Of a DNA stretch of 64,000 nt, positions 56,307-64,000 are shown one piece after another. Below the pieces are notes generated by a model, which saw nothing but the letters and a program-made list of their open reading frames with translations, did no database searches and had not been told where the DNA came from. How positions within the stretch are numbered: the first letter of the stretch is position 1; each line of letters begins with the position of its first letter. Where the stretch lies: NCBI GenBank assembly GCA_963663545.1, contig OY760505.1, positions 1,792,001-1,856,000 of the forward strand, read 5' to 3'. This stretch comes from Candidatus Delongbacteria bacterium (GTDB taxonomy: Bacteria > CAIWAD01). The translations under genes and the position numbers were made by a program.

Positions 56307-57218
56307 ATGCGTCTTGTAACACACTTTCTGATGACAATTCTGATTTGTATCACGGCTGTAGCGCAGGACCTGCCGGGCCAGGTATACTTCCATGGTCTCG
56401 CCGGATTCGACTTCGCTCAGGTGCCGCCCCTTCCCGGATCACTCAGCGGCAGTATGAATGTGGAAGGCGAGATTGACACAACAACCTTCTTCCCGACAGA
56501 ACTGGAAGGGACGGCGGCCATTCTGATGGACAACGACAGCACTGGCGGCCAGGTGCTATCGCAGTTCGCGATCGAAGATCTTGGCGACGGCACCTACAAC
56601 CTGTTCGCCATGCTCTATAACACCGACGAAGAAATTGAAGTCGGCAATGTAAGCAATCCTTTAAGTGCCTACTTCCTCTTTGCGTATCACATGGACTCTC
56701 TCGCCGTGCCGGACATGCAGTCGGACAGTCTGGACATGATGGACCTGCTGAACCTGATCTCCGCCGAATACCGTTTTGTCGGTGCCATGACGGCACTGGA
56801 ATTCACCAGTCTGGAGCCCGGCGAGATTGCCTGGAACTTCAGCGGAATCGGTGCGGATCTAGATAACTCGATGATGATCGTCAGTCTCTCTTCGGGGTAC
56901 GTCAGTCTTGAGGGCATTCCCCTGAACGTGGAAAGAGCACCGAGCACCCTACCGCGTGATACATGGATCGCCGCGTATCCAAACCCCTTCAACCCCACGA
57001 CAAGAATAAGCGTACACTTGCCTCAAGCCGGTGAGTTCGCACTTCGCGTCTACAACATTCTTGGACGACAGCAGGAGTTGTACGAGCTCGGCTTTCTGCC
57101 AGCAGGCGAAAGTCACGTCCAGATGAACGCCGACAACTGGCCGGGTGGTCTCTATCTGCTATCGCTGGAGAGCTGCGGAGTTCGTGTGGCAGTGGAAAGA
57201 GTGACATTGCTGAAGTAG
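56307..57218 (+). CDS. Secreted acidic protein with PNPFNP C-terminal domain
   Basis: Signal peptide; AYPNPFNPTT...YNILG...GGLYLL...VTLLK; SD AGGAGG. Confidence 0.75.
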   Translation: MRLVTHFLMTILICITAVAQDLPGQVYFHGLAGFDFAQVPPLPGSLSGSMNVEGEIDTTTFFPTELEGTAAILMDNDSTGGQVLSQFAIEDLGDGTYNLFAMLYNTDEEIEVGNVSNPLSAYFLFAYHMDSLAVPDMQSDSLDMMDLLNLISAEYRFVGAMTALEFTSLEPGEIAWNFSGIGADLDNSMMIVSLSSGYVSLEGIPLNVERAPSTLPRDTWIAAYPNPFNPTTRISVHLPQAGEFALRVYNILGRQQELYELGFLPAGESHVQMNADNWPGGLYLLSLESCGVRVAVERVTLLK

Positions 57219-57237
57219 AAGCAGAATCGCGTATCAC

Positions 57238-57260
57238 GGGGCGGAGCGATCCGCCCTTTT
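57238..57260. terminator. Terminator between convergent genes
   Basis: GGGCGGA-GCGA-TCCGCCC-TTTT, preceded by GTATCAC. Confidence 0.65.
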
Positions 57261-57956
57261 CTATTTGCGCCGCAGCGACCAACGCCGGTAGAGGGGGCGT
57301 TCGAACCGCGGCATCAGAAGCATACCCAGCACAAAACCAGCGACGTGCACCCCGTAGGCAATGCCGCTATCCGATCCACTGGTAGCGCCGAAGAACTGCA
57401 TGAGAATCCAAAGACCAAGCACGATCATCGCTGGCACACGCGGCCTGGCCAGCAGGAAGAAAAGGAAAAAGACGCCCAGTTCGATTCGCGCCCGTGGGAA
57501 GCGCAGCATGTAGGCTCCCAGGACTCCCGAGATGGCGCCCGAGGCTCCCACCAGGGGAACAACCGAATTCATGTTAAGCAGTACGTGTGCCATGCTTGCC
57601 CCCAGCCCCACCAGCAGATAGAAGAGCAGAAAACGCCAGGGCCCCATGATGTCTTCAATGTTGTTGCCGAAGATATAGAGGAAGAGCATGTTGCCGCCCA
57701 GGTGGAGCAGTCCGCCATGCATGAACATGTGGGTCAGCAGTGTAAGCGGCCAAGGAAGTGCAGACGGCGGTAGCAAATCTATGCGTGCTGTGATCTCGTG
57801 GGGAATGAGCCCGTACTGCAGCACGTAATGGTTGTAGCCAGCAGGCCCCAGCAACATCAATACGTAGACCAGCACATTCAGCACAATCAGGAATTGTGTC
57901 ACCACCGTCGGGTGATACACAGGATTGTTGTCCCTGAGTGGCAGAACGTAGAACAT
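57261..57956 (-). CDS. Rhomboid family intramembrane serine protease
   Basis: PLRDNNP, MFMHGGLLHLGGNM, GASGAISGVLG catalytic Ser, VHVAGF catalytic His. Confidence 0.92.
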   Translation of the reverse strand: MFYVLPLRDNNPVYHPTVVTQFLIVLNVLVYVLMLLGPAGYNHYVLQYGLIPHEITARIDLLPPSALPWPLTLLTHMFMHGGLLHLGGNMLFLYIFGNNIEDIMGPWRFLLFYLLVGLGASMAHVLLNMNSVVPLVGASGAISGVLGAYMLRFPRARIELGVFFLFFLLARPRVPAMIVLGLWILMQFFGATSGSDSGIAYGVHVAGFVLGMLLMPRFERPLYRRWSLRRK

Positions 57957-57957
57957 T

Positions 57958-59952
57958 TCAGTTGCCCACTATCTGCAGAGTTCGCGTATCCGTGGCTTCG
58001 TTACCGGCTTCATCGCGCACCAACAACTTCAGTTGGTACTCGCCCGGTTCCAAGGCATTACGCGGCTTCCACAAAATGCGCTCCATGTCACCATCATAGC
58101 GAGGATACACACAGAGACTGTTGAGCCACAACTCGGCGTGTACTACACCGGAAAGGTCCTCCTGGCAACGCCAGGCAAAGAGCGGTTGTCGCTCGCGCGT
58201 TGTCGCAGCGGGATATTGATGCCGCAGTCGTGGCGCTTGACGATCTACCTGCACGGCGTACTCGCCTGAATTGAAAACATCGCATTGAAGTGTGTCACCA
58301 CTCAAAGTCCACCCAGAACACCACTCCCATTTCTCTCCAGATCGCATACAAATGGCAGCACGCGTACGATCCTCGTCCAGCAGATCCGCGGGAAGCGGCA
58401 TTTGCAGCCGGGCAAACGAAGTGAGACATAGGTTTGCCGGACCAACCAGCAGAGCGCCGGGCTGGCCCTCTCCAAGAAGCATCAGCTGCTCCGCGGGCAT
58501 GGATCCTGCGTCAACTTGCAGTTGCGCCCACAGCTCTTTCGAGTTCCAAGCAAGGACTTCCGTTCGCTCCGGTGACACGGGATAGAGGTCGTACTCGGCC
58601 AAGTAGCGCACCGTCCCATCGTGGGGAAGCCCGAGCCACAACGATTGCGGATCAGGTCGCACCTTAAGGGGAAGAACGAGCTCGTACTTCTGCTGATAAT
58701 GTGTCACGGGCCACATTGCAGAAGCCTCGCTCTCGACATACACACTGTCGCAAGGAGTGGACAACTTCAGAACCAGGGTCACCCCATCCTCGGAGTGATA
58801 CAACTGGGGCACATCTTCTACACCCGGCCCTGGCACGTGTGGCATGGCCAGATCGATTCGACGACACTCGGTTGACTCTCGTGCTTCAACGGGCCGAGCG
58901 TCAACAACAAAACTCAGTGACGACATATTGCCCGCAGGATCTGTAACCTGAACGAATCCGTGACACAACCCGCGCGGTCGAAGCACTCCGTGACACGTTT
59001 CTGGTCGACCTCCTGCATCAGCGCAAAAGCTTAGCCTCGGCCCGACATCCCACAGATTCCGAAAAGTCTGCGATCGCTCTGCGAGTAACCAACGATTGAT
59101 TTCGGCCGTGATCCAGCGCGTATCTGCGAAGGCAACGCGCTCATAAAGGCTCTGAAATAAGGTGTCTCCATCAACCAGAAGCAGCATCCGGTACGGTGCC
59201 AGGCGACTACTGGAGCGATCAACGTTGTCATAGCATCGTAGAGCAAACTGTGCGTCGCCCTCAATTCTCAGGGTATCAGCAAGGTAATACGAGGGCGCGT
59301 CGCCCAGAACATCCAGGACAACCGGAAGCGCCGATCCCGATACGCGGCCTTCTCTGCTTCTGGGAAACAGTGCCAAATTTTGTATCACGGGTGGGCGCGA
59401 GTCTTCTACTTGCAGGCCATAGCGCAGTGGATTAAGCGCGCTTCCTTTTCCGTCACGCACTTCGAAATGAACATGCGGCGGTCCCGCGCCAGAGCCTCCG
59501 GAACGGCCAACCACCTCACCGCGCCGGAAAGGGATCTCGCCAGCCTCGAACCATAATACCTGATCGTAGCCAGCACCTCGCGCCTGCGCCTCCTCGAGCA
59601 AAACCTCAAGGGTGTCGGAGAAATCGAGCATGTGTGCGTAGAGGTAGCGCCTGCCGTCGCTTCCCTGAATCAGCAGCTGCTTCCCGTATCCATAGTAGGA
59701 GGCAGAGGCTCTCAGCACCCAGCCATCCACCGGACTGTAGAGATCATAGCCCATGTGTCCATTGGTGGAGATGTCGATTCCGCTATGATAATGACGGCTA
59801 CGAGGCTCAGCGAAGGACGACGTTAACCGCGGCGAAGCGTCGGTCGGCCAGGGAAGGGCATTCTCGGCAGCCTGTATCACACAGGGAAAGACCAAGATGG
59901 AGGTCAGCAGCAGCCGCGCAAGCGAACTCAATGCACTCAAAGTCAGTCTCAT
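57958..59952 (-). CDS. M23 family metallopeptidase with C-terminal extensions
   Basis: TSSFAEPR..HYHSGID (HxxxD), YAHM, SGGSG..PPHVHFEVR. Confidence 0.88.
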   Translation of the reverse strand: MRLTLSALSSLARLLLTSILVFPCVIQAAENALPWPTDASPRLTSSFAEPRSRHYHSGIDISTNGHMGYDLYSPVDGWVLRASASYYGYGKQLLIQGSDGRRYLYAHMLDFSDTLEVLLEEAQARGAGYDQVLWFEAGEIPFRRGEVVGRSGGSGAGPPHVHFEVRDGKGSALNPLRYGLQVEDSRPPVIQNLALFPRSREGRVSGSALPVVLDVLGDAPSYYLADTLRIEGDAQFALRCYDNVDRSSSRLAPYRMLLLVDGDTLFQSLYERVAFADTRWITAEINRWLLAERSQTFRNLWDVGPRLSFCADAGGRPETCHGVLRPRGLCHGFVQVTDPAGNMSSLSFVVDARPVEARESTECRRIDLAMPHVPGPGVEDVPQLYHSEDGVTLVLKLSTPCDSVYVESEASAMWPVTHYQQKYELVLPLKVRPDPQSLWLGLPHDGTVRYLAEYDLYPVSPERTEVLAWNSKELWAQLQVDAGSMPAEQLMLLGEGQPGALLVGPANLCLTSFARLQMPLPADLLDEDRTRAAICMRSGEKWEWCSGWTLSGDTLQCDVFNSGEYAVQVDRQAPRLRHQYPAATTRERQPLFAWRCQEDLSGVVHAELWLNSLCVYPRYDGDMERILWKPRNALEPGEYQLKLLVRDEAGNEATDTRTLQIVGN

Positions 59953-59964
59953 GGCTCACTGTTT

Positions 59965-60411
59965 TCAATCGGTGGTGCACACCAAACGCGTGAGACGCGT
60001 GGCGCGCTCGTGGAACTCTCCGGCGGGATACATCTCTAGCAGCGTTTGGGTTTCTGCGCAGGCTTTTTCTCTTTCGCCCAGCTGAAACCAACTGCGTGCA
60101 ATTTTATAGCGCGACGCTTCTGCCTTGTTGGCACGGGGATAATCGAGCACCTTGAAGTAGCAGGCGAGGGCATCGAGCCAGGCCTTTTCGGCGTAATAGC
60201 ACTCGCCCATCCAGAAATAGCAGTTGTCCAACAGGCTGGATTTCCTGTCCTCGCGGCGCAGCAGATCCTGCAGTATGCCACGAGCCTCGGTGTACTGCTG
60301 ATGGTTAAACAGGTTCACGGCCCGTTCGTAATCCGACTGAAAGGCCTCAGCGGCCCAGCCGGCGACGACGAGCAACAGAACGGGGAGGAAGCGATGCAGC
60401 ATGATTCTCAT
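59965..60411 (-). CDS. Periplasmic TPR protein (CpoB/YbgF C-terminal-like)
   Basis: Signal peptide; DNCYFWMGECYY, YP.ANKA..S.YKIA, LLEMYP. Confidence 0.75.
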   Translation of the reverse strand: MRIMLHRFLPVLLLVVAGWAAEAFQSDYERAVNLFNHQQYTEARGILQDLLRREDRKSSLLDNCYFWMGECYYAEKAWLDALACYFKVLDYPRANKAEASRYKIARSWFQLGEREKACAETQTLLEMYPAGEFHERATRLTRLVCTTD

Positions 60412-60438
60412 GGCTTAAACGAAAGATTCGGCGGTCAT

Positions 60439-60996
60439 TTGCGCAAGCGTCTGTTTCTGCTACTTGTACTGCTGGCTGTTTTCAGTCTGAATTGCATGTA
60501 CAGCCTGCACCCCTTTGCCACCGACGATTGCCTGGATCAGACCGACGATATTGTCGGTCATTGGCAAGCCATCGACGGGGAAAGCGACTGGATGTTCAAA
60601 GCCGATGATCCCGGCACAACAACGCTGATCTACACCGAGGAAGGCGGCCCGGCACAGTTCTCCGTGCGCCACTATCTGCTGGGGCAAACACGCTGGATCG
60701 ACCTGTATCCGAGCAAGCTCAACCTGCCCAACGGCGTGCAGAACGGATGCTTCCTGCCCCTCCACATGCTGATGCGCCTTGAGGCCAAACCCGATACACT
60801 GCTGATCTGGGCGGTGGACATCGAGGCCGTCACTGGGATGATAACCGAAGACGCGGACGTGCAATTCGAAAGCGTCGCGGACCGCACGGTGCTAACCAGC
60901 AACAGCGAAGCCATCGAGGGATTTCTGCTACGGCGTGGCGCCGAGGAGGCGATGTTTGACGACGAGCCTATGGTACTGGCGCGAGTGAAGGAATAA
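60439..60996 (+). CDS. Hypothetical lipoprotein
   Basis: TTG start gives MRKRLFLLLVLLAVFSLNC (lipobox-like) then SLHPF...IVGHW; the upstream part of the track ORF overlaps the divergent TPR gene. Confidence 0.6.
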   Translation: MRKRLFLLLVLLAVFSLNCMYSLHPFATDDCLDQTDDIVGHWQAIDGESDWMFKADDPGTTTLIYTEEGGPAQFSVRHYLLGQTRWIDLYPSKLNLPNGVQNGCFLPLHMLMRLEAKPDTLLIWAVDIEAVTGMITEDADVQFESVADRTVLTSNSEAIEGFLLRRGAEEAMFDDEPMVLARVKE

Positions 60997-61018
60997 GCGC
61001 CACCCTGTTTCGTACTAC

Positions 61019-61045
61019 AAAAAGCCCCGCCGAAGCGGGGTTTTA
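61019..61045. terminator. Bidirectional terminator; 21-nt core identical to 63419-63439
   Basis: AAAAGCCCCGCCGAAGCGGGGTTTT between convergent genes. Confidence 0.8.
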
Positions 61046-61060
61046 ATTGTATCACACAAG

Positions 61061-63220
61061 CTATTCCCCTTGATCCACCGCGACAACACGATAGAAACCA
61101 CGCGAGGGCTCTGCGGGTACCGACAGGCTAACCTGTGTCTGATCAGTTTCCTGAAGTAACACGCCCGCCCCATCGGAAAACCAGGGATTGTCGCTGTAGT
61201 ACACGCGATAGCGAATCTGGCCCAACTCGCGAAGCTGCAAACCTGCCGAAGAAGTACCGTTGGCAACAGCATCCCAAAACAGAGTCACCACGCTGCCGTC
61301 CTCGGTAATGCAGCGAATGACCGGCGAGTCAGGTGTCACATTGTCTATGCTGACTGCGCCCAGATACTCAGAAACCCCCAGGTATCCGGGATGGTGCCAA
61401 CAGACCTGAAACATGGAATAGTCATTGTCGTACAAGGTCGGCACCACTAATCCATAGGTCTCCAAACCCCGGGCGGGCACCTGCTCTACAAAGGTCCAGA
61501 CCAGGCTACGGCTGTCGCGCACAAACAGCTCGCACTCCGGCGTAACACGCAAAATCGCGTCCGCTTGTTCAAGGGACTCACAGACCAAGCCACGCGCCCA
61601 CTGATCGTCATCCATGCGCCAGACGGAATAGAAGCACTCTGCGCCGCTGACCTGGTTCAGGTCCACGGAGGACGCCGACCAGCTCATGATCAGCGCATGG
61701 CCCTGGTCGTCGGGCACATCGGCTATGGTTTGTATCACCGGAACAGCCTGGTCGTAATACATGGCACCGATGTCCGCACGAGTCAGATCAGGATCTTGTC
61801 GAAGCGGGTGCCCTGCGTCAACAAGAATCGACCCTGGCTGAGGAACATAGTCACCGAGGAAAGGGCTGAAGCCGGGATCACCAAAAACGCAGTTGGTCCA
61901 GCTGTAGCTGTAGGCATTGTTAAAATCCCCGGGGTCACTCGAGGAGGCGCAGTATTGAAAAGAGAAATTGCCCATGGTTCCGACGGCGTTCAAGTCAGGA
62001 TTGTCCAGCGCGCACTGTCGGCACACCAGCGTTGACGACGGCCCCTGAAACACGGTGTCATAGCCGATGTTGTCCGCAATGGTGCAATCCGTCAAGGTGG
62101 GCGAGGTAAAGGAGGAAAACGAAAACAAGGCCGTGTTACCGGCACTCTGGTTCTCCACGATCAGACACTTCTCCAGATACAGCGTGAAGAAATCCGCACT
62201 TGTATATAGCGCCGCACCTGCATTTTCGCGTATCACACAATTCTTCAGAGTTGTTCCATTTGCCATGTAGTACACGCAGACCGGGCCGTTGTTATCGTGG
62301 AAATGCAAGCCCTCAATTACGGGCTGGTTGCTGTAAAGGAACAAGCCCGTGCCAGAAACATCAGAAATATCCAGCCATGCGATACGATCACTGCCCGAGA
62401 GATGCATACCCATCCAGTTGCCGCCATCGGCGGCATGTATCACGATAGGCGCTTCTTCTGTTCCCACGGCACGTAAGTATCCTCCGCCGATGAGCTGCCC
62501 CGGTGTGTCAAAGACGATTTCAACTCCGGCTTCGATCGTCAGCGAATCGTAGTCAATTGGCATGAAGTCACCGCCCCACAAATGCAGTGGAGAATCCCAG
62601 ACGGTGATATCGCTCGTTAGGATGTGTGAGATACCCTCGAGGCGGACAATGGGACGAACGCTGGCAAGGGACCCGTAATACATGCCACAAAAATCGCCGG
62701 TGCTGCTGCCACGCACAACCATCAATTGTCGACCTGTCGTGTAACACACGGCAATATCGAATAGACTTGAAGTGCCGCTGCTCTCCACGCAGACATCGAC
62801 CAGAATGCCAGAGCTCGAACTGTAAGCAAACCAGTTGGCGCCAAAGTTGAACTCCAACTCGCCATAGGGGACAAGGCTCGCGCAATCCACATCTCCGTCA
62901 AAGACGACGTCGAAGCCCGCCTGAGTAAAACTATTGCTGCTAATCTCGCTGTAATACACCGATTTCATGCTAATGGTGATATTGACACTGTAGTCCGGTA
63001 CTGTTGGTCCGAGATACATCGTCATACCGCTAATGGCACCCTCGGTGTAGAAGCCGCTGGTCAAGTCCTCAGGGCTAAGCAGAAATTGCACTCGCGAATC
63101 CGTGTAGTTTGTAACGATGACGGACTCGCTGTAGGCGTCCATCTCGCCAGTTGTTACCGCTGCGCGAGCCAGTCCCGACAGCAGCAACAGTAGTGATAAA
63201 CAAGCTTTCCAAGGATTCAT
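61061..63220 (-). CDS. Secreted right-handed beta-helix (pectin-lyase-like) protein with FnIII-like C-terminal domain
   Basis: Signal peptide; LTIEAGVEIVF, AVGTEEAPIV, W.G, NCVI.EN / CTIADN repeats, DAGHP..DPD.TRADIGA, DVPDDQG; SD GGAGG. Confidence 0.75.
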   Translation of the reverse strand: MNPWKACLSLLLLLSGLARAAVTTGEMDAYSESVIVTNYTDSRVQFLLSPEDLTSGFYTEGAISGMTMYLGPTVPDYSVNITISMKSVYYSEISSNSFTQAGFDVVFDGDVDCASLVPYGELEFNFGANWFAYSSSSGILVDVCVESSGTSSLFDIAVCYTTGRQLMVVRGSSTGDFCGMYYGSLASVRPIVRLEGISHILTSDITVWDSPLHLWGGDFMPIDYDSLTIEAGVEIVFDTPGQLIGGGYLRAVGTEEAPIVIHAADGGNWMGMHLSGSDRIAWLDISDVSGTGLFLYSNQPVIEGLHFHDNNGPVCVYYMANGTTLKNCVIRENAGAALYTSADFFTLYLEKCLIVENQSAGNTALFSFSSFTSPTLTDCTIADNIGYDTVFQGPSSTLVCRQCALDNPDLNAVGTMGNFSFQYCASSSDPGDFNNAYSYSWTNCVFGDPGFSPFLGDYVPQPGSILVDAGHPLRQDPDLTRADIGAMYYDQAVPVIQTIADVPDDQGHALIMSWSASSVDLNQVSGAECFYSVWRMDDDQWARGLVCESLEQADAILRVTPECELFVRDSRSLVWTFVEQVPARGLETYGLVVPTLYDNDYSMFQVCWHHPGYLGVSEYLGAVSIDNVTPDSPVIRCITEDGSVVTLFWDAVANGTSSAGLQLRELGQIRYRVYYSDNPWFSDGAGVLLQETDQTQVSLSVPAEPSRGFYRVVAVDQGE

Positions 63221-63417
63221 GCCAACCTCCCCGTTGTCTTCCCCGTCCTCTTCTCTTCTGCTTCCAGGGCAAAACCCACCCGGCCAATTCCTCTGGCTGG
63301 CCTGCATCTACTGAGTTTTCCTTTGGAGCAGGTTTGCGGCAACAATAGCTTTCTCATCCAAGGGGAAAAAGCACTCTCTTCGGCTTCCACCAAGTCAGTT
63401 CCACTACTGTCGGCAAG

Positions 63418-63441
63418 CAAAAGCCCCGCCGAAGCGGGGCC
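63418..63441 (-). terminator. Terminator after the dsbD-like gene
   Basis: AAAAGCCCCGCCGAAGCGGGGC hairpin with TTTT on the minus strand. Confidence 0.75.
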
Positions 63442-63475
63442 TATGTATCACGTCTGTCGTAGCGGTTTGCGAATA

Positions 63476-64000
63476 CTAGTGCACGGCTTTCAACATGGGC
63501 AGCACCTTCTGCGCTTCTCGAAAACCGACAAAGCGCTGTACTTCCTTGCCTTGACTATCCAAGAGCATCACCGTCGGCATCCCCACCACACTGTAGGTAT
63601 CGTTTTGAGCACGCGCCCACTCCGATTCACTCTGCGTCATGTCCATTTTGATGCGCACAAAACGCTCACCTTCCAGCATTACCGCGGGATCACTCCATGT
63701 CTTGTGATCCAACTCTTTGCACTGCGCACACCATTGTGCCCAGAAATCGACGATAACCGGCTTGCCATCGGAGCGCGCTTGCGCCAGCAACTCCTGATGA
63801 TTGTCCTGCGTTGGATCGCTGACCTGCCAACTCAATTCCTGATGTATCACGTCCTGTGTGCCGCCAGCCACGAGAGCGGCGCCAGGAACAGCAAAGCCCC
63901 AGAGGAGCACGCGCACCGCCAGAATCAGCGCGACAACGCCAATCGCCTTGTAGAATTTGTCTGTGCCGGAAGCCTCGTCACCAAGCGGAGTGAAAGCGCC
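63476..64000 (-). CDS. dsbD: C-terminal part of a DsbD-like protein-disulfide reductase (TM segments + thioredoxin domain); 5' end outside the window
   Basis: Frame open to the window edge; last TM helix then GKPVIVDFWAQWCAQCKE...VVGMPT. Confidence 0.75.
   Translation of the reverse strand, partial: GAFTPLGDEASGTDKFYKAIGVVALILAVRVLLWGFAVPGAALVAGGTQDVIHQELSWQVSDPTQDNHQELLAQARSDGKPVIVDFWAQWCAQCKELDHKTWSDPAVMLEGERFVRIKMDMTQSESEWARAQNDTYSVVGMPTVMLLDSQGKEVQRFVGFREAQKVLPMLKAVH

Larger units (their letters stand above)
750..63850. repeat. Dispersed over-represented motif GTATCAC/GTGATAC (consensus YGTRWYACR)
   Basis: At least 84 exact 7-mer copies by manual count (about 44 GTATCAC, 40 GTGATAC), in both CDS and intergenic DNA. 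Confidence 0.9.

Noticed and set aside
60046..60438. 316-aa version of the lipoprotein ORF
   Set aside because: The extension overlaps the divergent TPR gene; a signal peptide starts at TTG 60439
750..63850. GTATCAC as a Chi or KOPS-type site, or a CRISPR repeat
   Set aside because: No strand bias (about 44 vs 40) and no regular repeat-spacer periodicity
1..64000. tRNA, rRNA, transposase, integrase or defence-system genes
   Set aside because: No cloverleaf, rRNA-like tract or matching protein motifs recognised; intergenic gaps are short

Overview
64 kb of GC-rich (roughly 58%, estimated by eye) bacterial chromosome. It is probably from a diderm, amino-acid-fermenting FCB-superphylum lineage; this is an inference from many secreted proteins ending in a PNPFNP/FlgD-Ig (T9SS type-A-like) domain, a C25 gingipain-like protease, DUF4301 and TAnnTTTG-like promoters. 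Housekeeping genes (buk, ptb, pckA, aspartate aminotransferase, rlmI, valS, recG, priA, cca, dsbD fragment) are interspersed with many secreted proteases and tandem paralogues. No rRNA, tRNA, CRISPR, transposase or phage genes were recognised. Main discoveries: (1) a heavily over-represented, strand-unbiased short motif GTATCAC/GTGATAC (degenerate palindrome YGTRWYACR; at least 84 exact copies by manual count versus about 6 expected). It imposes rare codons inside valS and sits between stop codons and terminators, like an undescribed DNA-uptake/HIP-type signal. (2) A selenocysteine peroxiredoxin (prxU) split by the ORF track at an in-frame UGA followed by a SECIS-like hairpin. (3) Two distinct classes of shared C-terminal domains on secreted proteins, with a 135-bp identical tract suggesting gene conversion. 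(4) Sigma-54-type promoters upstream of secreted-protein operons, a conserved 5' leader, a likely ATC start codon, an unannotated 50-aa ORF and a frameshifted gene. All calls rest on motif recognition by eye; no searches were run.
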